A DNA stretch of 64,000 bases from NCBI RefSeq assembly GCF_001194135.2, contig NC_068981.1:17258324-17322323 (forward strand), read 5' to 3'. A program made the position numbers and the translations under genes. The notes under the pieces were generated by a model. The model was not told the origin of the DNA and did not search any database. It was given only the letters and a program-made list of their open reading frames with translations. Positions 50,534 to 63,221 of this stretch are shown here, piece by piece; the first letter of the stretch is position 1, and every line of letters starts with the position of its first letter. Source of the DNA: Octopus bimaculoides (taxonomy: Eukaryota).

Positions 50534-50824
50534 CGCTTATCAATATAGGATTCCGTTATTCTATATTATCTAAGTCCATGAACTATATTTGGAATACAGG
50601 ACAATATAATGGATTTTACACATAACTATTTTGGAGTATTACAAAAGACTTACCAAGGAAGCATATATGGATTTAAAGACTCTCATTCTAAAGTGTACTT
50701 ACCAAAATCAAAAGCAGTAATTTTTAATTTTTAATTTATATTTCAAACAAATACTATTTTATCATATTACTTCATATTTTTAAAAAAACTACCATTCGAT
50801 ATATTATACAAAATTCAAATTTTA

Positions 50825-50916
50825 TATCTCTGAAGAGCAGAAGAGTTGTCTATAAATGCTTATCAATATAGAATTCCATTATAGGGACTGCACTTCTGCG
50901 AAACGATCGTAAGATG
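50825..50916 (+). ncRNA. Type I hammerhead ribozyme with a minimal palindromic stem III
   Basis: Stem I ATCT(50826-29)/AGAT(50912-15); core CTGAAGA (50830-36); stem II GCAGAAG/CTTCTGC; GAAA (50900-03); stem III ACG-AT-CGT; cleavage triplet GUA, cut after 50911. Confidence 0.85.
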
Positions 50917-51090
50917 CTTTAAAAACTTAATTCAAACTTTTAAACTGTCATAAATATTATATATTTATACTTATACATATTTACATATATTTATATATAT
51001 TTATATTTTTAATACAACAATTATTTTACACACGTATATATCTTTCTGAAGAATTTTCTAATATTGATTTCCTGATATTAATAATAATAT

Positions 51091-51128
<38 letters not shown>

Positions 51129-51465
51129 TTGCCCCTTGGTTTATACACGTTCATGAATTTAGTTTTAATTCTAGCTTTCATTAGCTCTCTTCGATTGTGG
51201 GTCCTCCTTATTACCACAGTACCCATATGTGTGTATGTGTGTGTGCGTGTGTGTGTGTGTGTGTGCGTGCGTGTGTGTTTGCGTGTGTGCGTGTGTGTGT
51301 ATAAGGGTGGTACATATACACACTATTATTATTCCCGTTTCAATAAATAATTCTTTAAATATCATTTGTCATTTTTAATAAGAGTCTTATTAAAGCGCAC
51401 CTTCTTCAGCTTGCGCGATGATTCGTGGAATCAACTTGATGCGTAAACCAAGTGACAATTGCAGG

Positions 51466-51502
<37 letters not shown>

Positions 51503-52373
51503 CCCTAATAGAACACTTCGAATTTATTTTTCATTAACTTTCTTAAGACAGTTATCTATTTCTCTGTATTATATAAAATGGCTGTTTCGTTTCTTTGTTC
51601 ATGCCTGGTCGATTTTTATACCAACTACTCGTGATGTCAACAACAGTTAGTTATGGTATGGCTACAAGTCTTCTGAGCTTGATAGCTAAATACATTATAC
51701 GAGCTTGAAAGATGCAATATAATTTTGGCAAGCTTTTCCTTGAAAAAGAATTTAAAACCCTCTTTTCCCCTGACATTCGTGCCCCTTCCCACTGTCAGGT
51801 CATTTTAGTGTTATATGCATTGATATCGTTATGAAATTTTATTATTTTCCATAAAAAGAAACACAAGTGTTCGTTACTAACTAAATTACTCGGGTTAAAT
51901 GTACCAATTATGTTCAAAAATAATTGTGAACTTAAACTGGTTTCATAAAAGAACTATAACTGATTTAATCATTCACTTACAAAAATGGTATTTCGCACAC
52001 AATAAAAGATTCTTACTTGAATATATTATAGAATTTTCTCTTCAAAACTATTCTATTTACATAAAAAATACTCATAAAATCTAAAATATAGAGGTTTAAA
52101 ATTAGTTATTAAGCCACAGTTATGCTTTTATGTGGTTTTTTACGATGAAGCTTACTAAATAGGCACGTTAAATTTAGGATGGTGGTTTGGTAGTAATGTT
52201 TGATCGTGGGATAAAAATTCTTTACAGTATTTGTCCGGGCATTAGGTTCTGAGTTCGAATAACACCGAGGTCAACTTTGTCTTTCATCCTTCTGGAATTC
52301 ATAAAATAACAAACCAGTGAAATACTGAGATGGATGTCATCGACCAAACTTCTTCCAGAGGTTTCAGAGAACG

Positions 52374-52931
52374 CGGTGGAAACTTTTCAAAAATATTTCT
52401 AAAAGTACCCTCATCCATTCAACTATTTTCATGACTCAAATCTATTTTCTATTTACTGTTGATTATTTGGTTTCAGATTTTGGCACAAGGCCAGCAAGTT
52501 TGAGGAAGGGAGTAAGTCGATAATGTCGACTCTAGTACCCAATTGGTACTTATTTTATCGACCCCGAAAGAACGAAAGGTAAAGTTGACCTCGGCCGAAT
52601 TAGAACTCAGAACGTGAAGATGAAAAAAAAATATTAAGCATTCTGTCCGGCGTGTTTGCGATTCTGCCAGCTTGTCTCCCCTGGCCCATGTACTTATATT
52701 AGAAACAAATATATCTGTGACAAAAAAATGTTCCATCTTCGTTTAAGTTGTTTTCCTCTTCCCTGCTTTTGGGAGGTTTTTTTTCAATTTACAAAGTTAT
52801 TCGTTGCTGTCATTGTGGTAGGAAACACTTGAATTGGAGTAAACAACAGCAAATAGACAATAGATTTGAGTTATGAAAATGGTTGAATGGAGCAGGATAC
52901 TTTTAGAAAAATTTTTGAAAAGTTTTCACCG
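52374..52931. repeat. 88-bp imperfect inverted repeat (52374-52461 / 52844-52931) enclosing a SINE D
   Basis: CGGTGGAAACTTTTCAAAAATATTTCTAAAAGTACC...CTGTTG versus its reverse complement. Confidence 0.85.
52464..52680 (-). mobile_element. SINE family D
   Basis: Reverse-complement consensus match. Another diverged + copy lies at ~52185-52345. Confidence 0.9.
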
Positions 52932-53329
52932 TTTCCTCTTTCTGGAAATCACCGCTTTCAATCCCGCTGTCCCATATTGTTTATTCATCCGGAATCTGAA
53001 ACAATCGATTTAAAGTCGATCACATATCATCACTTGTACCTTAGAAGCAATTGTTTAATTGTCTTCTTCATGATCCGTTGAGTTAACGACCATCTGAAGC
53101 TGTTTACATATTAAGTAGAAACATTTTTTATGATACTACGTAGATCTAATTGCGTAAGCATCAGAGATGTTGCTGTCTGGAACGTGATTGAAGGGCAACA
53201 GTAGACTTAGTGTTGCTGATTTGTCAATTTCAATAATTTTATATAATAACAGTGTTACACAAAGAGCTTCAAACAGAGTAGCATCTAATGTAGAGACACA
53301 ACAGTAGCTAAGGTGGTGGATTTCATCTG

Positions 53330-53690
53330 AAGAACCTGCTCACGAAATTAATGCGCAAGTGACTGAGCACTCCACAGACGCACGTAACCTTAATGTAGTT
53401 CTCGGAGATTCCGCGTGACACAGCATGACACAGAATGTGATAAAACTAGTCCTTTGAAATACGCGTGCTATTCATTTTTGTTGTGAAATATATATTATAT
53501 ATACATGTGTGTATATATGTGCATGTATGTATGTATATATGTATTATATCTTGTTTCAATCGTTGAACTGCGACCATGCTCGGGCACCGCTTGGAAGGGT
53601 TTAATCGAACAAATCAAATTCGAATACTCATTTTTTAAAGCCTGATACTTATTCTATCGTTTGCTTTTTGCCGAACTGCAATGTATATAT
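53330..53690 (-). mobile_element. SINE B 3' fragment (53330-53470) and SINE A tail fragment (~53545-53690)
   Basis: GTGACTGAGCACTCCACAGAC.C.CGTA.CCTTAA.GTAGTTCTC; CTGCGACCATGCT.GGGCACCGC. Confidence 0.7.
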
Positions 53691-53737
<47 letters not shown>

Positions 53738-54601
53738 ATGCCCCTATTGCTAAATCAGTGAATTCCAATCTCACCACCTCACTTTATGTTAATACATTTC
53801 AGCTAGAGAGAGTGATTGATGCTTTTAAATCTTTTAACTATTTCATACCAATCTTTGGTATCAATCGACGTCACGTACAGATCGATTTAGCTGTGGTTTA
53901 ACAACAAACTAACATTAGCCAGTTGCAATGGGATGAAATTCTACCATTTGAGAATAACTAAAGCAAACAACGAAATGATATGCACGGAGAAATAACCAAG
54001 TTTTATTTCTTTGTAGAATATTCTTGCCTGAAGGAGAATTTAGCTAAAGAAACCTCAAAAGTTTGTAAGAAATTATTTTTGAAATTCGTCAAAATCTTTA
54101 GAGGCAGGATTTTATTTTCATAAATCAAAACAACTCGGAATTTCTTTTTATCATTATTATTTTTTTCGTAATATCGCCGTCAGCTAAAGACGCCCCGGAG
54201 TCGTAGAGTAAATGGCAAGAATTATAAACTATATTTGAATTTTGTGAAAGAAATCTTAATGAAATTTAATATGATGAAAATTTCCTGGTCTGTTTTATGG
54301 AATTTTTAAATAAATATTATAATGATTTTTATAAATATTATTGTTGTTTTTGAGGAAATTCAAATTGAAAACATCTTATTTAAGTTTACGCAAATTTATT
54401 AAATATTTGAGGTATTCATGATTAAGTTCAAAAGTATTTTCTAAACTAAGATGAGGTGGTTTTTGATATGCATGATTTCTTCCCAGGGGAAATAGTCATG
54501 CAAATTAATTTGATTTTAAATAAGAATCTAGACTGCGTTGTGTACTTCACAAGTTAGAGAGTCACGTGTCTCGCAACAGATGTTGAAATATTTTCATTAC
54601 T

Positions 54602-55053
54602 AAGACAGCGAGCTGGCAGAATCGTTAGCACGCCGGGCGAAACGCTTATCAGTATTTCGTGTGCCGTTACGTTCTGAGTTCAAATTCCACCGAGGTCGAC
54701 TTTGCCTTTCATCCTTTCGGGGTCGATTAATTAAGTACCAGTTACGCACTGGAGTCGATGTAATCGACTTAATCCCTTTGTCTGTCCTTGTTTGTCCCCT
54801 CTATATTTAGCCCTTGTGGGCAATAAAGAAATAAGAAACGTTAGCACGCCGGGCTAAATGCTTAGCGGTATTTCGTCTGTCTTTACGTTCTGAGTTCAAA
54901 TTCCGCCGAGGTCGACTTTACCTTTCATCCTTTCGGGATCAATAAATTAAGTACCATTTACGCACTGGGGTCGATATAATCGACTTAATCCGTTTGTCTG
55001 TCCTTGTTTGTCCCCTCTGTGTGTAGCCCCTTGTGGGCAGTAATGAAATAAGA
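54602..55053 (+). mobile_element. SINE family D dimer (two units with the same tail type)
   Basis: Junction AAAGAAATAAGAA|ACGTTAGCACGCCGGG. Confidence 0.95.
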
Positions 55054-55814
55054 ATCGATAAGGAACAATGACTATCTTCGACGTGTTGCGTTCTCTGACG
55101 GGGAAACTTTTCACATATCAGGAAAAGTTAACACACACAATGTAAGGATACGGGCATCGGAAAACCCACACGCTGTTGTAGAGCACAAAAGAGACAACTG
55201 TAAGGTTGATGTCTGGTGCTACCTAATAATGCATGACAAGGTCATTGGACCTTTCTTTTTTTTTTGCTGAGTTCACTATTTCAGCAAACGTTTACCAGGA
55301 CATGCTGGAACATTATGCTGCACCCCAGCTTGAGGAATTTCAGCCATCCATAGTTTTCCAAGATGGAGCTCCTCCACACTGATGCTTATGTGTCCGTCAA
55401 CTTTTGAATAAAACCTTTCCAAACAGGTGGATTGAGAGAGGTGGACCAACACCATGGCCCCGACATTCACCAGACATTACCCCACTAAACTTTGGTAGGG
55501 CAGGTATCTCAAGGACAAAGTGTACAGTACACCACCAGTTCACGATCTTCAATCTCTAAAGGCCTGGATTGCTGAAGCAATCTCATCAGTAACAACTGAT
55601 ATGCTTCAGAACACATGGCGTGAAATTGAATGTCAATTAGATGTGCTCCGAGTCACAAAAGGGGCCCAGGTTGAAGTTTACTGAATTTCATTTTATGTGA
55701 ATAAAAACTTCTAGGCAGACGCGTTAAGTGTACCAAAATCTGTTTTTGTATCTTGAAAATTTTTTTTGTTCAGTAAAGGTTTATAATCAGGGAAAGACTT
55801 TGTAATCACCCTGT
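55054..55814 (+). mobile_element. 3' part of a Tc1/mariner DD41D-type (rosa/Visitor-like) transposon relic
   Basis: LRRVAFSDGETFHISGKVNTHNVRI...VIGPFFF...DGAPPH*...WPRHSPDITPLN(F)...YLKDKVY...EVY*; 41 residues between the second D and the third catalytic position; TIR-like end GACTTTGTAATCACCCTG+TA. Confidence 0.85.
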
Positions 55815-55822
55815 ATATATAT

Positions 55823-56222
55823 AGGCGCAGGTGTAGCTGTGTGGTAAGAAGTTTGTTTTCCAGTCACATGGTTCTGGCTTCAATCCTCCTGTGTGGCACG
55901 TCGGGCAAGTATCTTCTCCTATAGCGTCGAACTGACCAAAGCATTTTGAGTGGTTGTGGCGGTTGAGGGGAAACTGAATGAAGACCGTCGCATTTATATG
56001 TGTGTGTGTGCGCGTGTATGTCTTTCTCCACCACCACTGCTTCACAACCAGCGTTGATGTGTATACATACCCGTATTTTAGCGGTTCGGTAAAAGAGACC
56101 GATAGAACAAGTACGTGGCTTAAAAATTAAGTACCGGAGTCAAGGCGTTCAAGTAAAATTCTTCAAGACAGTGCCCCAGTATGGTCGCAGTCTAATGACT
56201 GAAAAAGTAAATGATAAAAGAT
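55823..56222 (+). mobile_element. SINE family A-related copy (diverged)
   Basis: GGCGCAGGTGTAGCTGTGTGGTAAG head through GTGCCCCAGTATGGTCGCAGTC..AAAAG tail. Confidence 0.88.
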
Positions 56223-56308
56223 ATATATAAACTGTTTTAATTAAAGATTTTTCGTATTTTCTCATTCGCCCTCTATATTTTGTTCTGGATGATTACTATA
56301 CTTATAGT

Positions 56309-56691
56309 GGAGACGCAATAGTCCAGTGGTTAGGGCAGCGGACTCGCGGTCATAGGATCGCGGCTTCGATTCCCAGACCGGGCGTTGTGAGTGTTTATTG
56401 AGCAAAAACACCTAAAAGCTCCACGAGACTCCGGCAGAGGATGGTGGCGAACCCTGCTGTACTCTTTCACCACAACTTTCTCTCACTCTTACTTTCTATT
56501 TCTGTTGTACTTGTATTTCAAAGGGCCAGCCCTGTCACACTGTGTCACGCTGAATATCCCCGAGAACTACATTAAGGGTACACGTGTCCGTGGAGTGCTC
56601 AGCCACTTGCACGTTAATTTCATGAGCAGGTTGTTCCGTTAATCGGATCAACTGGAACCCTCGACGTCGTAAGCGACGGAGTGCCAACAAC
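56309..56691 (+). mobile_element. Full-length SINE family B with a 14-bp target site duplication
   Basis: tRNA-like head with A/B boxes; TSD ACTATACTTATAGT at 56295-56308 and 56692-56705. Confidence 0.97.
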
Positions 56692-57109
56692 ACTATACTT
56701 ATAGTTGAAAGAACTATTATATAATACACATGATAACGCTTATTATTGCTGTAAAGGATAGCTGAAGCGGTGTTCCTGAGAACTTGGTTCCAATACGTTG
56801 AGGATCGCAGTTTTGATCCACGCTGGAATGAATTAATATTATTAAAGCTGGTGACATCTCTCACAACACAAACGTTCTTCATACAAGACTTCTTTTAAGA
56901 ATAAATATATTCTCATACAAGTCTATACTTACAATGATTTCCGTAATTTTCTTCACTTCTTTGATTGCCATTCTTATAACAGCTGGAGTAGACTCACAGA
57001 ATTCCATAAACTCTTTGAAGCCAAACAAGGCAACTTATGATCTCGCTAATAATTGTCTCACATTAAGATTCCTGCGCGACTTCAAATCGCCGTATATTGT
57101 TGAACATTA

Positions 57110-57540
57110 CAAGCCACTGACGTAACCACATACGCCACCACCACTAACACCTCCACACCACCTCCATCGTAAATAACCTCACTGCCATCAGCACCACCAT
57201 AATTGACCTCACTACCATCAACATCACCAATGCACGCGCATCACCCCACCAATATCATCGTCTACACCAACTTCTCCAATCACCACCGCCAACACCTTCA
57301 TCACCACTGCCAACACTACCAGCACGACGACACCACTACTAACACCATCACCGCTACCGACAACAACAACAGCAGCAGCAGCGACAACAACATGTCTACG
57401 ACCACCATGTACACCGCCAACCCCACTATAACGACCACCGTCACCACCATCTCTACCAAGAGAATCACTATCACTGCCACCAACATTACCATCCCAAGCA
57501 CCACCGTCGTAATCAGCAACACCACCAACGCCACCACGTA
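57110..57540. repeat. Degenerate (CAC/CAA)n trinucleotide low-complexity tract
   Basis: Read directly; it produces the T/H-rich pseudo-ORF. Confidence 0.85.
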
Positions 57541-58099
57541 TTTGTTCAGTCTGCTAAAAATAGCCGACAAATCTCCCTCAAACAACACCGTACCCTATAA
57601 ATTATTATAGGAGGGACATATTGAACAAAAGAGTCCAAGATACACAGTGTCTGGAATGAAAGATGGAACAGTGATGGCTGCAATGCCTTTGATCAAAGGT
57701 GCGTTCGATCGGGGCTGATGCAGTTCTAAACAACAATAACAGCAACACCAACAACAACTATAAAATATGTATTTCCAACAAACGCTCTAAGTGTATATTA
57801 CCATATATTATTATTTCCTGGCCTGTATATCTTTTGTACGTGCTTATTGAAGAATAAAGAGCAATGGTGGGTGAAGAGCGAAAATCTTTATCAAATATAT
57901 TTATTGCAAATATCCCGTATTTATAAATCAGGCTGAAATCTCTCTCTAACCAATATATATTTCCTTTATTATAACTTTAACAGAAATAATGCTCTGATCC
58001 ACCTTCCATAACACATAATCATTGATAGCATAATATTATATAGAAACATATTGGAAGGGAAGCCTTTCACATTTCTTTCTAGAACAATGGTTGATGTTG

Positions 58100-58131
<32 letters not shown>

Positions 58132-58204
58132 GGTGTTTAGCCTCTGGCTAACGCTGGTTGAGCTGATATATGGAGCATAGTCATTCAGTTAGTCAGTTCG
58201 ATCC

Positions 58205-58570
58205 TCATCAATCATTGGCTTTCTACAAAGCTCAGGTACGGCTCACAATGAAGTATTATTCTCACGTCTGGGGCAGACATATTAAAACGTGTCCAGAAAA
58301 GTCCCATTCAACTGACTGGACAAAAGTAACTCAAAGAAAAACTCCAGCCTCTAAACCACAAGAGCTTTGTCTCCTCTCTCAGCATTTTCTACCGATTCTA
58401 TAATAGCCTTGGCTCCTCGGAACTGGTAACGCTCAAACATTCCCGACCCTTTTCTTTCTCCTCTCCTCGTTTTGCTTGCTGCGCATCCCTCACACACCAC
58501 CCTAATCAATACACCCATTCCTTTTTCCCGGAATGTCACCCCAACCAGAATTCACTCACTGCCTATGTCT
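58205..58570 (+). mobile_element. Decayed CR1-like LINE ORF2 C-terminal relic
   Basis: LAFYKAQVRLTMKYYSHVWG...SIFYRFYNSLGSSEL...FFP.M; same lineage as 48300-48590. Confidence 0.7.
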
Positions 58571-58989
58571 TTCTCACATAATTATTTTCTCCCGTAATTG
58601 CGCTGTCCTCGTTTCGAAAACTGATTAGTCCTAAATTTAGATTCTTCTCTTCTTGATAACGATTGATCTTCTTTATTCATTGAGTTACCTCCCTTGTTAT
58701 TTATTATGTGTATAAGGCTATTACTTCTGGGATATACTTTAGTATATTTTACCTGAACGATAACAGCGAGCAGTTACGCAGGTGCAGTTACATTGATTAT
58801 CAACATCAGAAGTGAAACCGGTGTGTAATAATTTATTTTAGGATTTGTAATAATGCATTTTGAAATAAACTTATTGTAATAATGCGGGTTTTTTTTAAAT
58901 AATCAAATTAATTAAAATACAAAAGGAATTGTGCATTTTATTCTCTAATATATTTTCTTTATCTCGTGACTTGTAAGTTTTGCTGATAA

Positions 58990-59039
<50 letters not shown>

Positions 59040-59525
59040 GGATGCATACACACATACGTACATACAATACACACACATACATATATGCATACATATAAAT
59101 GTACACACACACACACACACATGCATGTGTATATGTATATTTCTGAGTGTGTACATAATTCTATGCGTGAATGTTATAAGCTGAATTGTTTACAGAAGAA
59201 GCCATATGTAAAATTTTCGGTACGTTTTTCTGTTAGAGCGTGTATATATGTTTCTGTGAGTGCATTTTCGCGAGCACAAATATTAAATAAATATGCATAC
59301 ACACATATCTATATTTACTCTATATATTTCCCTGAAAATATGTTTATATTATATTATTGTTTTCAAAACAGAAACATAATACAAATTTCATCCAATTTAG
59401 GATGGTATCATTGCTTTGTACATTCTCCATGAATACACATGGAATATTGCTTTACAAAATAGACTCGAGAGCTGATACTTGATAGCAGTAACAACGCCAC
59501 CACCATCAACAACAACAGCAGCAAC

Positions 59526-59588
<63 letters not shown>

Positions 59589-59887
59589 CACAGCAGTGAA
59601 TGTAATAACTTCTGGAGTAGGGATTTCTTTTCACTCTTATTTTCCGACTCCTTAATATGGAATACGCGTATTGTAAGTATATATATTTGTATATNNNNNN
59701 NNNNNNNNNNNNNNNNNNNNNNNNNNNATATATATATATATAAATTCGCCGAAATATTTATTATATACATATGTATATGTGTATGTATGTGTGCTTATGT
59801 GTATAGCATTGTGTGCGTTTGTGTGTAATATATATAATGAGATATGGATACAAAGGTAGATTATGATAGATAAATAGATAGACAGAG

Positions 59888-59941
<54 letters not shown>

Positions 59942-60619
59942 GTTACACTAAAGTGTCTTATTTATTGATTCGTAAATAAGGATCGATATAAAATTGGTGT
60001 ATACTTGAGTGCATGTGCATGTATCATTATATACGCACCCGTGTGCGTGACGACTATGTTTCTTTGTTTTTCGTGTATTGATGTTCGTGTTTCTGCTTGA
60101 GTATGTGTGAATTCACGAATGTTTTCAATATAGACGTCCCAATTGTGAAATTTTTTCCACTATTTAACTGACAAATAGAACTGTATTCAAACGAGACATC
60201 GTTACATTTCTGGCAATGACCATCATGTATATAACATTCTAAAGTGAAACGTGTAAAGTGATTTATTTCAGCTGGAAATACAAATTACAGTTTAATGTAA
60301 TTTAGCGAATAGGAAATATTTTTACATTTTCTAATATTTCTTTCATTAATAACATGCATAGGGTTCTCTGTTTCTATTGAAGCTTGTTTATTTGTTTATT
60401 ACAGAAAATACCTTATTTTATTTTCCCGCCACCCGCCATTTTCTCTGCTACCTTTAGATTTGCTTTGGAACCAATTTAATAGAAAATTGATTTTGGTTTA
60501 GTTTTATTTTTCGGATGTTTTCTTTCCTTGTCATTTCCTATAACCATTTCGTTTTATTGTTTTTCTGTCTCTTTTCACTTTATTTTTACACTTGGCTGAA
60601 CAAGAATAAATAAAGATCC

Positions 60620-60664
<45 letters not shown>

Positions 60665-61329
60665 GAGCTTGTTATATTATGAAATCAATCCGGGATTTAA
60701 AGAATAATAAATTCTTTTTGACAACCGCTTCATTCATGGATACATTGTAACCGACTCGAGAAAAAAATTAAGACAGAAATCTTTTAAATAGTTCTTGTTG
60801 AGAACAGGAGAAAGTAGAAGAAATAAAGAATAAGTGTGATAAAAATGTGAATTTTGTTTTATATTTTTCCTTATAATATGTGTTTTCTGCAACACAAATA
60901 GCACATAGATTTCCCACTAAACCTGTAGCTCTTCACTCGGCGTTTTATATTTTTCTCCGGCGTTTCTTTGCAAAAATCAGATAAAATGAGCAGTTTACTT
61001 TCACGTAAGATGTTTTAGTGTCTTCCGTTTTTTCACTCATTATTTCTTTACATATTTTCATATTCAAATATTCAATTCTATTTTGTCTATTTATGTTCTA
61101 TTCTTTTTTTTCATTTATGGAAACGTGTGGCAAGCAAGGAGATAAACCACATTAATTATTTTGAATTTTTCCTTGCTATTATTCAGTGCCAAATCTTTAC
61201 GTTGAAATACACAACTATAACAAATTTAACATTCATTTTACTTATTTTTCGTTGTTAAAATCATTTCTCTTTTACTCGCAGCTATGTGTGTGTGCATGTG
61301 TGTACGTGTGTGCGTGCGTGCGTGTATGC

Positions 61330-61367
<38 letters not shown>

Positions 61368-61438
61368 TCACATACACGCATACACGCACATGATATGTAT
61401 ATGCATATATACCACACGTACATATATATTAACATATA

Positions 61439-61561
<123 letters not shown>

Positions 61562-63221
61562 GTGTGTATGTATATATACATATATATATAGACAGATATG
61601 TGTATATATAGATATACATACATTCACACATATATGTAATTTTACGTATGCATGTACATATACATGTTTACATTCATATATATATACATATTTATATATG
61701 TCTGTATGTATGTGTGTATGTATGTATATATGTATGTATATATATATGTATATATGTATGTATATACAATATGCATGCATTTATATATATATATATATAT
61801 ATATATAAACTTCGAAGTCTTCCTCTTTTTTAATAATTTCAACTCGCTGAAGTTTGAAGTAAATTTGTTCATCCTTAACAAAGAAATAGCTTTAAAGAAA
61901 TAAAATTAAAATGAAATAAACTGAAATAAACCTTTAAAAGTTTGGTGTATATTGCTTCTTAAATAGTAGTTTAGAAAAATAAGAAAAGATACCGCAAGAA
62001 TTACAGGATGGTTTATTTTTTATTTTTTTACGTACACCATTATATAGTGTCTGCGATTATAATATGTACAATATATTTATATATAGAACCTTCTTATAGA
62101 ATCTACGGGAACATTGAATATATACTATATGTAAAAGCATTATTTAGCAGGTGAAAGTCTGTTGCATGATGTATTTAACTGTGTAAACGCATGTGATAAT
62201 ATTCAGTAGTTTAGTATTGAAGAGTGACAAAGATATTTATGATTGAAATCTGGTAGAAAGACGCAGTGAACAAGGTGAAATATATAGAAGGAAATATTAC
62301 TTTGAAAGAGCAAAGGCCGTTATAGATCGGAAGAAAGAAAAAATGAGAAAGGACAAAGCACAGCAAGTGTAGAGTGGTATTAAGTAAAAATATTGCCTTT
62401 CAACCAGAAAAATGTCTTTTTTCTTCAATATCATGTATACGTGTGCATCCGGTTATCTACGTGCTTCTGTACGTGTGTGTGTGTGTGCGCGTGCGTGTAT
62501 CTGTTATATCTCACTTCGTTTATGAGCAACACACTGTATTTGATGTATGGGCATTTGTCTGAATTTGGGCACATGTATGCCTTTTAGAGGATCTGCAACT
62601 GTTCAAACTTGAAATATTATAGCTATGTTACATCTGTGTTTTCAATACGATCATGATTGATTGTAAAATTATAAAATCTATCAAATGCATAGACTGAAAG
62701 GATTTTAGCTGTGTATTGTACATAAACAATGAAGGTTTATTGCTGAATGTTGTACTTTCTTACATGTTTTTGTGGCTTTGAATAGAAATCATTTTCTAAA
62801 TTCTCATTAAAATGTATTTCGGATATTTTTAGATGTGAAGACGTAGAAAACATTGAGAAAAGCGGAGTATTTATGAGACCTGTAGAGAAAAGGAGAGGGT
62901 AAATGATGGTAGTTAGAGTAGAGTATGTCATCTTGTCGTTTTTGTTGTGGATAAAGATGAGAGTAGGTAGTAGATACAGAAATGAAAGAAAAATTGCTTT
63001 TAAAGAGGATGAGTAAATAAAGATCTAAGACTGTTGATAGTTTGACTCTGAAAGGGCTTAAATATGATGCATAATGCGAATGATAGGAAACTGCTAATCT
63101 AGATTAGTAACGCTAAATAAACTCCGTAACTAGGAAGGTTTAACACGAGATTTCAAAGCCGCATGATAGAAAATTGTTAATAAATAATAGTTTCTACCTA
63201 CATTCTTAATATCCTTTCTAC

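Larger units (their letters stand above)
49766..51096 (+). mobile_element. Penelope-like or retrozyme-like element relic inserted in (TA)n, with inverted and direct repeats and a hammerhead ribozyme
   Basis: Inverted arms 49897-50043 / 50946-51096; direct repeats ~50135-50325 / ~50560-50760; hammerhead at 50825-50916; (TA)n on both flanks. No RT coding sequence is visible. Confidence 0.65.

Noticed and set aside
56309-56385. tRNA-like heads of the SINEs as tRNA genes
   Set aside because: No complete acceptor stem, and each continues into a SINE body and tail, with a TSD in this copy.
57203-57610. 135-aa Thr/His-rich, mucin-like ORF
   Set aside because: Degenerate (CAC/CAA)n tract running into a family F repeat, with no splice or domain support.
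62815-62910. Possible plus-strand exon TTTTTAG|ATGTGAAG...AGG|GTAAAT
   Set aside because: Weak acceptor, no recognisable peptide and no partner exons; not supportable.
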